Notes under the pieces: model-generated | Databases searched by the model: none | The model's input: only the letters and a program-made list of their open reading frames with translations | What the model was told of the DNA's origin: nothing | NCBI GenBank assembly: GCA_036506735.1 | Contig: DASXRG010000037.1 | Coordinates: 1,450 to 65,449 of the forward strand | Source: Candidatus Binatia bacterium | Lineage (GTDB): Bacteria > Desulfobacterota > Binatia > UBA9968 | Reading direction: 5' to 3' | Length of the DNA: 64,000 nt | Translations under genes and position numbers: made by a program | Part shown: positions 45,338-55,204 of the stretch, one piece after another | How the letters are laid out: every line of letters starts with the position of its first letter | How positions within the stretch are numbered: position 1 is the stretch's first letter

Positions 45338-46323
45338 AAAAAGGCTCCAAGACAAAACGACGCCACGGCGCCGTCATTCTGTTAGTCATTTTGCTCACTG
45401 GCGGGTTTGATTGCCTCGCCGCCGGCGCAGACAAGGTCCGCTTGTCCATCTCGAGCGTGGATATGTCCTTTCTCACCGGCGCCGTGGCGCTCAAGAAGGG
45501 TTTTTTCAAAGAGGAAGGGCTGGAGGCGGAAGTCATTCGAATGAACGCCAATGTCTCGATCACCGCGCTCGCCACCGGCGATATCGACTATACGATGATC
45601 TTCGGATCGGTGGTGCGCGCGGCGGTCCGCGGTTTGCCGGTGAAAGTCGTCGCCAGCTTCATGGACAGCTCCACGCATACGTTGGTCGCGCGCGCCGAGT
45701 TCAAGTCGGTCAAGGAGCTGAAAGGACGAACTCTCGGGGTCAGCTCGTTCGGCGCCACCGCGGACGTGGTCGCGCGAATGATGTTCAGAGCTTCCGGTAT
45801 CGATCCCGAGAAGGAGATAAAAATCATCGCCCTGGGCTCGGACCAGGCGCGCTTCGCCGCGTTGAAGGAGGGCGTCGTGGACGTCGCGGTCATCTCCCCG
45901 CCGGCGGACATCGAAGGAAAAAAGCTGGGCTTCAACGTCGTCGCCCGCGCCTATGAGGTGTTCAGCCTGCCGTTCATCGGCCTCGGCGCCAACCATAAAA
46001 AAATCAAAGAAAGGCCCGACGAGATCAAGCGCGCGCTCAAGGCGCTGATCCGAAGCAATCGCTACATTACCGCCAACCGGGACGGAGCCATTCAGGTATT
46101 GATGGAGTGGGGCAAGACGGATCGGGAAAGCGCCGCGACTTCCTACGACGCCACGGTCAAAGTATTCAACGTGGATGGAAGCATTCCGGAAAGCGGCCTG
46201 AAGCTGGTGATCGAGCAGGCGAAGCAGGCGTTGAAGGTCGAGCGGCCGGTTTCGTTCGACGAAGTGGCCGACTTGGGACCGTTGCGTGAAGCGCAAAAGG
46301 AATTGGGAGTCAAAGGACGATGA
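45334..46323 (+). CDS. periplasmic solute-binding protein, NMT1/THI5-like
   Basis: ATGA overlap with the 2Fe-2S gene. Has a signal peptide. Very similar to the next gene. Confidence 0.8.
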   Translation: MKKGSKTKRRHGAVILLVILLTGGFDCLAAGADKVRLSISSVDMSFLTGAVALKKGFFKEEGLEAEVIRMNANVSITALATGDIDYTMIFGSVVRAAVRGLPVKVVASFMDSSTHTLVARAEFKSVKELKGRTLGVSSFGATADVVARMMFRASGIDPEKEIKIIALGSDQARFAALKEGVVDVAVISPPADIEGKKLGFNVVARAYEVFSLPFIGLGANHKKIKERPDEIKRALKALIRSNRYITANRDGAIQVLMEWGKTDRESAATSYDATVKVFNVDGSIPESGLKLVIEQAKQALKVERPVSFDEVADLGPLREAQKELGVKGR

Positions 46324-47297
46324 GTTTATTCAAAGCGGGCGCGCGCAAATGGTTTGTTTCGGCGGCGGCGGTATTATTGCTCTGTGATTCCGCCCTTGCC
46401 GCGGACAAGATCCGGGTCTCGATCTCGAGCCTCGACGTGGCGTTTCTCACCGCGGGCGTGGCGCTGAAAAGAGGCTTCTTCAAAGAAGAAGGATTCGAGG
46501 CGGAGCTCATTCGTATGAACGCGAACGTGTCCGTCACGGCGCTCTCCACCGGCGACGTCGACTACACGATGATTTTCGGATCGGTAGTGCGCGCGGCGAT
46601 CCGCGGTTTGCCCATGAAAGTCGTCGCCAGTTTCCTCGACAGCTCGACGCACACGCTCATCGCCAGGCCCGAATATAAATCGGTCAAGGATTTACGGGGA
46701 AAAACTTTAGCGGTGAGCTCTTTCGGCGCGACTTCGGACGTCGCCGCCAGGATGATGTTTCAAAGATCGGGAATCGATCCGGAAAAAGAGCTCAAGATCA
46801 TCGCGCTCGGCTCCGACCGCGCACGTTTCGGCGCGCTGAAGGAAGGCATCGTCGACGTGGCGGTGATCTCCCCGCCGGCCGACGTCGAGGGGAAAAAGAT
46901 GGGCTTCAACGTGCTCGCCCGCGCCTACGAGCTTTTCACCCTTCCCTTCGTCGGTCTGGGCGCCAACACAAAAAAAATCAAAGAAAGGCCGGACGAAATA
47001 AAGCGGGTCCTCAAGGCTCTGATCAGGGCAAATCGTTACATCACGGCCAATAGAGACGGAACGATTCAGATCCTGGCCGAATGGGGCAGAACCGACCGCG
47101 AGAGCGCCGCGGCTTCCTACGACGGCACGGTTAAAGTCTTCAACGCCGACGGCAGCATTCCGGAAAGTGGACTCAAGCTGGTCATCGATCAGGCGAAACA
47201 GGCGCTGAAGGTCGATCAGCCGGTTGCGCCGGATCAGGTCGCCGACTTGGCACCGCTGCGCGAAGCGCAAAAAGAGCTGGGGATCAAGGGAAGATAA
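46320..47297 (+). CDS. periplasmic solute-binding protein, NMT1/THI5-like (tandem duplicate)
   Basis: ATGA overlap with the previous gene. Long near-identical protein blocks, e.g. MIFGSVVRAA(V/I)RGLP(V/M)KVVASF. Confidence 0.8.
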   Translation: MSLFKAGARKWFVSAAAVLLLCDSALAADKIRVSISSLDVAFLTAGVALKRGFFKEEGFEAELIRMNANVSVTALSTGDVDYTMIFGSVVRAAIRGLPMKVVASFLDSSTHTLIARPEYKSVKDLRGKTLAVSSFGATSDVAARMMFQRSGIDPEKELKIIALGSDRARFGALKEGIVDVAVISPPADVEGKKMGFNVLARAYELFTLPFVGLGANTKKIKERPDEIKRVLKALIRANRYITANRDGTIQILAEWGRTDRESAAASYDGTVKVFNADGSIPESGLKLVIDQAKQALKVDQPVAPDQVADLAPLREAQKELGIKGR

Positions 47298-47329
47298 ATT
47301 CGAGGTCGTTGACTTTTAAAGGGGGCACG

Positions 47330-48613
47330 ATGGCTTTAGGCGACGATGCAGTATCGCGAATCGATAAGAAAGAGCTGGTAGATCTGGCGTTGGCCATTTG
47401 CAACATCGACAGCGCGGGGCCGACGGAGCGGCCGGTTGCCGAGCACGTTTCTGGCTGGCTGCAAAACGAGGGCTTCAAGGTGCGCAAGGTCGGATTGCTG
47501 GCCGACCGGTTCAACGTCATCGGAAAGCTTCCCGGCACCGGCGGCGGCTACAGTCTTCTCTTCAACAGCCACATGGATACAGCGGTGCGCGCGACCGATA
47601 TCTGGCGGCGGAAAGATCCGGGCGCCGATGTTTTTCATAAGGCCTGGATCGAAGGTGACGAGCTTGTCGGAGAGGGCATCGTCAACGACAAAGGCCCGAT
47701 GGTCGCGTTTTTGATCGCGGGCAAAGCAGTCAAAGCAACGGGGGTTCCGCTCAAGGGAGATTTGCTTCTCACCGCCGTCGTCGGCGAGACCAGCCGTGAG
47801 CCGTCCGATGATCCGCCCGGCGTCATGATGGAAAGCAAGGATCTCGGGGCGCGCTTTCTGGTGACCCACGGGGGCGTCGCCGATTACGCTCTGATCGCGG
47901 AAGGGACCGGGTTCAGTCTGGTTTCCGTCGAGGCGGGAGAAGCGTGGTTCAAAATCACCTGGCTCTCCGACCGGCCGGGGTATTACACCCCCTACCTGCC
48001 TGATCGGACGGCCATGCAGGAGAGTCCCAACATGATCGTGCGGAGCGCTGCCGCGATCGCAGCCCTGGAGCGGTGGGCCGCCGATTATCAGAAGCGGTAC
48101 GCCTACGAGTCGTCCGGCGGTCCGGTCGTTCCCAAGGCTCAGGTAGGCGCGATCCGCGGAGGTGATTCGACCGGGATCGGTGGAACGCCGGAAGTGTGCA
48201 GCCTCTACCTCGGCGCGTTCACCGTGCCGGGGCAAGATCCTTTAGAGCTGCGGGATGAGATCGAAGACGTCTTGCGGACGGCTGGAATTCCGGCCACCGA
48301 CATCGAGCTCTATCACTTCCGCCGGGGTTACGAAGCAAAGAATGCCGATCGTCTCAAAGAGACGCTGCTGCGCGCGCACAACGCGACCTTCGGCGCTCCG
48401 CCGCCCCGTCCGAATCCCGCGACTTCGAGCATGTGGCGCGACGTTAATATTTTCAACGAGGTGGGGATTCCCGCGATCACCTACGGTCCCAGATCGGAAC
48501 ACCACTCCGAGAAACGTTCGTTCAAGACCGAGTCGCTCTATCAGGCCGCGTGCGTCTATGCGCGGCTCATCGTTGACCTATGCAATCAGGAGAAACCCCG
48601 ACGCAAACGGTAG
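47330..48613 (+). CDS. M20-family metallohydrolase (ArgE/DapE/amidohydrolase type)
   Basis: ORF 47309..48613 trimmed to ATG 47330. Motifs LLFNSHMDT and GIVNDKGPM. Confidence 0.8.
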   Translation: MALGDDAVSRIDKKELVDLALAICNIDSAGPTERPVAEHVSGWLQNEGFKVRKVGLLADRFNVIGKLPGTGGGYSLLFNSHMDTAVRATDIWRRKDPGADVFHKAWIEGDELVGEGIVNDKGPMVAFLIAGKAVKATGVPLKGDLLLTAVVGETSREPSDDPPGVMMESKDLGARFLVTHGGVADYALIAEGTGFSLVSVEAGEAWFKITWLSDRPGYYTPYLPDRTAMQESPNMIVRSAAAIAALERWAADYQKRYAYESSGGPVVPKAQVGAIRGGDSTGIGGTPEVCSLYLGAFTVPGQDPLELRDEIEDVLRTAGIPATDIELYHFRRGYEAKNADRLKETLLRAHNATFGAPPPRPNPATSSMWRDVNIFNEVGIPAITYGPRSEHHSEKRSFKTESLYQAACVYARLIVDLCNQEKPRRKR

Positions 48614-48640
48614 ATTCGAAAGAACTCCGGCGTTTGAAAC

Positions 48641-49621
48641 ATGAAGCTGAAGCTGCCGTTTAAATTTCTCGTGGTGCTTTTTGTCGCGGTCCTGGCGGGC
48701 CAAGCGGGAGCCGAAAAGGTGCGCGTGGCGATGCCCGATTTCAGCATGTCGCTGATCGCATTCATCGTCGCCAAAGAAAAGCGCTTCTATCAGGAGGAAG
48801 GATTGGAAGTGGAGCTGATCAAGATGAGCGCCCCGGTGGCGAATCTCGCCTTGATTGCCGGGAACGTGGAATTCGGCGCGGCGGGCGCGGCCGCGATCCC
48901 ATCAGTGGTGCGCGGCGCGCCGCTCCAATTTCTCTTCCATACGTATCAGCGCCCGCTCTACTGGCTCTACTCCCTGCCCGACATTCAAAGCGTCCAGGCG
49001 CTCAGGGGAAAAAGAGTCGGCGTCTCGGGGATCGGCAGCGGCCCGGACTTGCTTCTCCGCGACGTCTTGAGAAGATACGGCGTGGATGCGGGCCGCGAGC
49101 TTACCATCATGGCGCTCGGCGCCGGGACGGCGCGATTCATGGCGATGAAAGCCGGATCGGTGGAAGCCGCCGTGCTGTCGCCGCCGTCCAATTTCATGGC
49201 CGAGGAAGCGGGATACCGGGAGTTGCTGGCGTTTGTGAACGAGGATCTTGTCGAGCTTCAATCCGCCGTGGTCGTCAGGGAAGGGATGTCTCAATCGAAT
49301 CCCGCTCTGGTCGAAAAATTCGTTCGCGGCACGCTCAAAGGATTTTTCTATTCACGCGACAACCGCGCGGGCACGATCAATATTCTAGCCAAGGTTCAAG
49401 GCGGCAAGCCGGATCTCGCCGTCAAGACGTACGACGCCTCCCGGCCGGCCATGACACCGGACGGGACCGTAAGCCAGGAATTGCAGCGACAGACGTTGGA
49501 ACAAGCGGCTAAACGCCTTGACCTCAAGGAAGTTCCTCCATTGCGGAAGGTTTTCGATTATTCGACCGCTCAAAGAATCCGCGCCCAACTGACCGCGCAG
49601 GGATGGAACCCGAAGGATTAA
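48641..49621 (+). CDS. periplasmic solute-binding protein, NMT1/THI5-like
   Basis: Signal peptide ends AGAEK. Paralogue of 33839..34810. Confidence 0.8.
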   Translation: MKLKLPFKFLVVLFVAVLAGQAGAEKVRVAMPDFSMSLIAFIVAKEKRFYQEEGLEVELIKMSAPVANLALIAGNVEFGAAGAAAIPSVVRGAPLQFLFHTYQRPLYWLYSLPDIQSVQALRGKRVGVSGIGSGPDLLLRDVLRRYGVDAGRELTIMALGAGTARFMAMKAGSVEAAVLSPPSNFMAEEAGYRELLAFVNEDLVELQSAVVVREGMSQSNPALVEKFVRGTLKGFFYSRDNRAGTINILAKVQGGKPDLAVKTYDASRPAMTPDGTVSQELQRQTLEQAAKRLDLKEVPPLRKVFDYSTAQRIRAQLTAQGWNPKD

Positions 49622-49658
49622 TTCAATCAAAGCCAAGTGAAAGGAGATCGCAAACATC

Positions 49659-50747
49659 ATGCTAGAGCCTAAAATCTCAACGCAGCAAATCGCCGAGAAA
49701 AAAAGCTCGTATCGCAAATGGATCGAAGCGGAAAAGATCCCGCTGATCGAGGGGTTCTTTCTCGAGGACATCAACACGGCGCCGCTCAAGCACTGGGACC
49801 GCCTCGGCGCGCCCGCCGTGCGGATTTGCCTGGAGGGCACCGGGGAGACCAATGACGCCTACATCTGCGAGATCCCGCCGGGCAAATCGCTCAACCCGCA
49901 GAAACACATGTACGAGGAGCTCGTGTACGTCGTCAGCGGCCGCGGCGCGACGACCATCTGGCAAGACGGCGGCCCCAAGCGCACGTTCGAGTGGCAAGAA
50001 GGATCGCTCTTCTCACCGCCGCTCAACACGCGCTACCAGCACTTCAACGGCAGCGGCAATCAGCCGGCGCGCTACCTCGCCGTCACCAGCGCGCCGATCA
50101 TGATCAACCTCATCCACAATATCGACTTTATCTTCAACTGCCCCTACGTCTTCAAGGATCGCTTTAACTCCGAGGACGATTACTTCTCGCGCGAAGGCCA
50201 GTGGTTTGCAGGGCGGGTCTGGGAGACCAACTTCGTTCCCGACGCGAAGAATCTGAACCTCATCGAATGGAAGGAGCGCGGCGCCGGCGGGTCGCAGGTT
50301 CGCTTTCAGATCGCCGAGAATACGATGTGCGGCCACGTCTCGCAGTTCCCGGTCGGCACGTATAAGAAGGCCCACTATCACGGGCCGGGCGCGCACGTCA
50401 TTATCCTATCCGGCAAAGGCTACTCGCTGATGTGGCCCAAGGGCCAGGCGATCACCCGCTACGACTGGAAGCCGGGCAGCGTGATCGTTCCACCGGCGGA
50501 TTGGTTCCACCAGCACTTCAACGCGGGCGCCGACCGGGCCCGCTACCTCGCACTCCGTTGGGGCAGCAAGAAATACTACGGCATCATGGGCGAAGGCGGC
50601 GGCCAGACCGATGTGGACGTCAAGCTCGGCGGCCACCAGATCGAATACGAGGACGAAGATCCGATGGTGCGGCGGATTTTCGAAGAGGCCTGCGCCAAGG
50701 CCGGCGTTAAAAGCCAGATGGACAAGTACTACAAGAAGTCGGCTTAG
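49659..50747 (+). CDS. bicupin protein (paralogue of 19998..21098)
   Basis: AGGAG upstream. Shares blocks with 19998..21098. Confidence 0.75.
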   Translation: MLEPKISTQQIAEKKSSYRKWIEAEKIPLIEGFFLEDINTAPLKHWDRLGAPAVRICLEGTGETNDAYICEIPPGKSLNPQKHMYEELVYVVSGRGATTIWQDGGPKRTFEWQEGSLFSPPLNTRYQHFNGSGNQPARYLAVTSAPIMINLIHNIDFIFNCPYVFKDRFNSEDDYFSREGQWFAGRVWETNFVPDAKNLNLIEWKERGAGGSQVRFQIAENTMCGHVSQFPVGTYKKAHYHGPGAHVIILSGKGYSLMWPKGQAITRYDWKPGSVIVPPADWFHQHFNAGADRARYLALRWGSKKYYGIMGEGGGQTDVDVKLGGHQIEYEDEDPMVRRIFEEACAKAGVKSQMDKYYKKSA

Positions 50748-50765
50748 CGGCAGAATTAAATACTC

Positions 50766-50996
50766 ATGGTTTACCTTAGATCCCGTGTGCTGCTCCTTGT
50801 GCTTGCGTGGGTTATGGCTTCGAGCCCAGCTTACGCCCAGAGCTCCAAGAAGTTGATCCTGGGTCTTGCGAGCAGAATCGACACGCTTTACGTCACCAAG
50901 AAAACCGGCGCCTTTACGCGCAACGGCCTGGAGGTCGATCTGGTTCTGTTTCAAGGCGGAACGCAGGCGTTACAGGGACGAGAGCGGCTTCATTGA
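50766..50996 (+). pseudogene. N-terminal remnant of an NMT1-like SBP gene
   Basis: The 76-aa ORF is a signal peptide plus KKLILGL...YVTKKTGAFTRNGLEVDLVLFQGGTQALQ. This aligns with the first ~70 residues of 57440..58420 and then stops. No RBS. Confidence 0.55.
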
Positions 50997-51028
50997 CCGG
51001 CTCTACAAGAAAAACTGAAAAAACAGAA

Positions 51029-51970
51029 ATGATGCTGCGCTGGATAATTGGCATTCTGTTGTTGCTCTATCCGATCACCACGGGCGCGGCGGAGAGAGTC
51101 CGCTATGCCTATCCGGCGAAGAGCCTCAACTACCTGCCGCTTTTTTTAGGAAAGGAAAAAGGGATTTACGCGGGCGAGGGGATCGATTTGGAGCTGGTCC
51201 TGGTCACGTCGCGCATCCAGGTGACGGCGCTGACGACCGGCGACCTCGAGTTCTCCGGCGCGCAGAGCCAAGTCTCCGGCGCCGCGGCGATCGGATTTCC
51301 CGTAAAAGTCGTCGGCTTCTTGACCGTCAAGCCGACCTTCTGGCTGATCGCGCGACCGGAGATCCGCGCAATCCCCGACCTTAAGGGCAAGGTCATCGGT
51401 ATTACCGCGATCGGTTCTTCCACCGATACGCTGGCGCGCTACATTGTCCGAAAGTACGGCCTGGTTCCAGATAAAGAAGTCGCGCTTTTTGCGACGGGAA
51501 CCACATCCAACATTCTTGCCGCGCTGAACGGGGGCTCGGTGCAGGCCGGCATGCTGTCGCCGCCGTTTCACGCGATGGCGCAGCAGATGGGATTTCACAT
51601 ACTGGCTTACTTAGGCGATCACGTCGAGCAATCGCTCTCCGGCGTGGGAACTTCGGAGAAGATGCTGCGCGAGCGGCCGGAGACGGTCAAGAAAGTCCTG
51701 CGCGCGACCTTGAAGAGCCTCCGCTACATCCGGCAGAACCGCGAACAGACCGTGCAGCACGTTCTCCGTGAATGGAAAGTCGAGCGGCCGCTGGCGGAAG
51801 AGCTTTACGCGTCGATGCTGCCGGCTTTTTCTCCCGACGGCGGTATGAACGAAAAAGGCATCCGTGACGCGTTGGAGCGCGAGATGGGCCGGGTGGACAA
51901 GAAAGAAGAGATCCCGCTTTCGCGGGTAGTGGATTTGCGCTTGCTAAAGGAAGTACAAAAGGAGCTGTAA
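51029..51970 (+). CDS. periplasmic solute-binding protein, NMT1/THI5-like
   Basis: ORF 50807..51970 trimmed to MMLRWIIGILLLLYPITTGAAE. Confidence 0.78.
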   Translation: MMLRWIIGILLLLYPITTGAAERVRYAYPAKSLNYLPLFLGKEKGIYAGEGIDLELVLVTSRIQVTALTTGDLEFSGAQSQVSGAAAIGFPVKVVGFLTVKPTFWLIARPEIRAIPDLKGKVIGITAIGSSTDTLARYIVRKYGLVPDKEVALFATGTTSNILAALNGGSVQAGMLSPPFHAMAQQMGFHILAYLGDHVEQSLSGVGTSEKMLRERPETVKKVLRATLKSLRYIRQNREQTVQHVLREWKVERPLAEELYASMLPAFSPDGGMNEKGIRDALEREMGRVDKKEEIPLSRVVDLRLLKEVQKEL

Positions 51971-51975
51971 AAAGG

Positions 51976-52935
51976 ATGGCCAAGCGGATTACATTCGCCG
52001 GCGGAGATTACGACCGCACGCACGCGTTGATCGAAGGCAGCATCAAACCAGAAGGGCTCGAGCTCGACTGGAAAATTCTCCCTTACCACGACATCTGGAC
52101 GCGGATGCTCAACCGCTACGAGTTCGACGCATCGGAGCTATCGCTCTCGTCCTACCTGATTGCGCGCACGATGGGGAAACCGCTGATCGCGCTGCCGGTC
52201 TTTCCGGCGCGCGCCTTTCGCCATTCCTGCATCTTCGTCAACGCGCGGAGCGACATCCGCGAGCCGCGCGACTTGATGGGTAAAAAAGTCGGCCTGGCGG
52301 AGTTCCAGCAGACTGCGACCGTGTGGGTGAGAGGCGCGTTGCAGCACGACTACGGCGTCGATTTAGACAAGATCCATTGGTTCACCTGGTCGAAGATGCG
52401 AATGGAAATCGAGATGCCGCGGCGCTACGACGTGAGTCAGATTCCTTCCGACAAGGCGCCTGACGAAATGCTGGCGCGCGGCGAACTGGATGCGATGATC
52501 TGCGCGAATCTGTTTCCGTTGCTGCTGAAGGGCCATCCGCAGATCCGCCGTCTGTTCGAGGACTATCCGGAAGTCGAAGCCGCTTACTTCAAAAAGACCG
52601 GGATCTTCCCGATCATGCACACGGTCGCCATGCGAGAGGAGCTATGGAAAGAGTCGCCGTGGATGGCGCTCAGCCTCTTCAAGGCTTTTCAACAGGCGAA
52701 GGCCGAGGCCTACGCTAGACTCAACGATCTCTCGCCGTATAAGATCAGTCTCGTCTGGTTCCGCGAGCCGGTGAAGCAACAGAAAGAAATTCTCGGCGAC
52801 GATCCCTGGCCGTATGGTCTGGCGAAAAACCGCCACGTGGTGGAAACGTTGATGGGATATCTCTACGAGCAAGGACTGGCGCGGAAGAAACTCCCGGTCG
52901 AGGAGCTGTTCGCGCCGAATATGTTGGAGCTTTGA
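51976..52935 (+). CDS. cytoplasmic SBP-fold protein, 4,5-dihydroxyphthalate decarboxylase-like
   Basis: No signal peptide. The N-terminus ITFAGGDYDRTHALIEGSIKPEGLEL...FDASELSLSSY resembles the PhtD-type decarboxylase family as I recall it. Confidence 0.55.
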   Translation: MAKRITFAGGDYDRTHALIEGSIKPEGLELDWKILPYHDIWTRMLNRYEFDASELSLSSYLIARTMGKPLIALPVFPARAFRHSCIFVNARSDIREPRDLMGKKVGLAEFQQTATVWVRGALQHDYGVDLDKIHWFTWSKMRMEIEMPRRYDVSQIPSDKAPDEMLARGELDAMICANLFPLLLKGHPQIRRLFEDYPEVEAAYFKKTGIFPIMHTVAMREELWKESPWMALSLFKAFQQAKAEAYARLNDLSPYKISLVWFREPVKQQKEILGDDPWPYGLAKNRHVVETLMGYLYEQGLARKKLPVEELFAPNMLEL

Positions 52936-52944
52936 CGTGGCGAG

Positions 52945-55170
52945 ATGACAACGGACAAGTTCAAGATCATCGGGACGTCCGTCAACCGCGTCGACGGAGT
53001 CGATAAAGTCACCGGCCAGGCGAAATACGTCGGCGACATCGCAGTGCCCGGAATGGCCGAGGGAAAATTTCTCCGCAGCCCGTATGCCCACGCGCGCATC
53101 GTCTCGATCGACACGGCGGAGGCCGAGCGGCTTCCCGGCGTCGTTACGGTTTTGACCGCGAAAGATCTCGGCGACATTCATTTATATTTGGGCAGAAAAG
53201 AGCGGAAAGACCAGCCGATCATCGCCGTCGATCGCGCGCTCTACGCCGGCCAGCCGGTCGCGGCGGTCGCGGCGGTCGATCCGTTCACCGCCGAGGAAGC
53301 GCTGAGCAAGATTCACGTCGAGTACGAAGAATTGCCTGCCGTAATCTCCGTGCCGGAGGCGATCGCCGACAGCGCGCCGCAGATTCATTCCTTCGCGGCG
53401 AAAAATATCTGCTTTCAGGACGAGCTGATAAAAGGAGACGTGGCAAAGGGCTTCGCCGAGTCCGAGGAGATCGTCGAGGATACCTTCGAATTCCCGATGG
53501 TCTATCATTATTCGATGGAACCGCACACGACCATCGCCAAAATAGACTCGGAAGGCATCACTGTCTGGTCTTCGAACACGCACCCGTTCGGCATTCGCCA
53601 GGAGCTCGCCGAGATCTTCGGCTGCTCGCTCGCGAAGGTGCGCGTGATGGTGCCTTTGGTCGGCGGCGCTTACGGCAGCAAGTCCGGCTGCAAGATCGAG
53701 CCGCTGGTCGTCGCGCTGGCGCGCAAGGCGGGAACCGCCGTCAGAGTGAGGCAGAGCGTGTCCGAGGCGATGATGACCGTGCGCCGCCACTCCGTCACCT
53801 GCAAGGTCAAGACCGGAGTAAAAAAAGACGGCACCCTGGTGGCTAAACAGGCCGAGATTTACCTCAACACCGGCGCTTTCGCCGAGACCGGACCGATCGT
53901 GACCGGCCGGACACTGACGCGCATCCTGGGGCCGTATCGAATTCCTCACCTCAAGGTGAAAGCTTACTGCGTCTATACCAACACGGTCTCCGCCGCGTCT
54001 TTTCGCTCCATCGGCGGGCCGCAGACCGCCTGGGCGACGGAATCGCAGATGGACATCATCGCGCAGAAGCTCGGCCTCGACCCGGTCGAGTTGCGCCGCA
54101 AAAATCTGCTGCGCAAAGGAGAGGAGCTGAAGCCCAAAGGCAATCCGCTCGACGCCGATCTCTTCACAGCGCTCGACAGGGTCGCGCGAAAGATGGAATG
54201 GGACGGGCCGGCGCCGGCGAGCGGACGCGGCAGAGGCATCGCGTTCGGCGTCACGGATCCGGGCGCGCCGCTGGCCTCGACGGCGACGGTGCACGTGCTG
54301 TCGGACGGCAGCGTGGTTCTTCTCGCCGGCACCGTGGAATGCGGGCAGGGCGCGCGGACGGTCATGAGCCAGATCGTCGCGGAAGAGCTGTTGGTGCCGC
54401 TCAAATGCGTGACCATGCGCGCGCCCGACACCGCTTACACGCCTTTCGACCGCTCCACCGGCTCGAGCCGCTCCACGACCGTGATGGGAAAAGCGGTGCA
54501 GCTCGCGGCGCGGGACGCGCGCCGGCAACTGCTGGATTTGGCCGCGGAGCAGTTCGAGGCGCCGCTGGAAGCGATTACTCTGCAAGACGGAAGCGCCGCC
54601 GCCGGAAACAAGACGGCGCCTTACGGCGATCTCATTCGCCGCCACTTCGCGATGCAGGGAGGGGAGATCGTCGGCTGCGGCTACGCGCACGGCGGCATGG
54701 CCCCCAAGCCTGCGAACCCGCTCTTCTGGGAGGTCGGCATCGGCGCGGTCGAAGTGGAGGTGGACCGGGAGACCGGAAAGATCCAGGTCACGAAATACAT
54801 CTCCGCCGCCGACGCCGGCAAAGCGCTGCACCCGATTCAGTGCGAGGGCCAGGACGAGGGCTCCGCGATGATGGGCGTCGGCCACACTTTCTACGAGTCG
54901 GTCATTTACGACGGCGGGCAGATCGTCAACGCGAGCCTCGTCGATTACAAGGTTCCGACTTTCGACGACGTGCCCGGCGAATTCGACACGATCCTGATCG
55001 AAGACCAAAACGGGCCCGGACCCTATGGCGCCAAGGGCATGGGCGAGGGCGGCATCATTCCGGTCGCGCCGGCGATCGCCAACGCGCTCGCCTGGTCGAC
55101 GGGCGCGAGGATCAAAGAGCTTCCGCTCACCCCGGAGAGAGTGTGGCGCGCGCTCAAGAAACGGTCCTGA
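52945..55170 (+). CDS. xanthine dehydrogenase-family molybdopterin-binding subunit 3
   Basis: 741 aa. Contains VNRVDGVDKVTG, PLVGGAYGSKSG and AKGMGEGG. Confidence 0.9.
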   Translation: MTTDKFKIIGTSVNRVDGVDKVTGQAKYVGDIAVPGMAEGKFLRSPYAHARIVSIDTAEAERLPGVVTVLTAKDLGDIHLYLGRKERKDQPIIAVDRALYAGQPVAAVAAVDPFTAEEALSKIHVEYEELPAVISVPEAIADSAPQIHSFAAKNICFQDELIKGDVAKGFAESEEIVEDTFEFPMVYHYSMEPHTTIAKIDSEGITVWSSNTHPFGIRQELAEIFGCSLAKVRVMVPLVGGAYGSKSGCKIEPLVVALARKAGTAVRVRQSVSEAMMTVRRHSVTCKVKTGVKKDGTLVAKQAEIYLNTGAFAETGPIVTGRTLTRILGPYRIPHLKVKAYCVYTNTVSAASFRSIGGPQTAWATESQMDIIAQKLGLDPVELRRKNLLRKGEELKPKGNPLDADLFTALDRVARKMEWDGPAPASGRGRGIAFGVTDPGAPLASTATVHVLSDGSVVLLAGTVECGQGARTVMSQIVAEELLVPLKCVTMRAPDTAYTPFDRSTGSSRSTTVMGKAVQLAARDARRQLLDLAAEQFEAPLEAITLQDGSAAAGNKTAPYGDLIRRHFAMQGGEIVGCGYAHGGMAPKPANPLFWEVGIGAVEVEVDRETGKIQVTKYISAADAGKALHPIQCEGQDEGSAMMGVGHTFYESVIYDGGQIVNASLVDYKVPTFDDVPGEFDTILIEDQNGPGPYGAKGMGEGGIIPVAPAIANALAWSTGARIKELPLTPERVWRALKKRS

Positions 55171-55204
55171 GAAGCGGCGTGATAAAAGGCCGCGGAGAAA
55201 AGTT

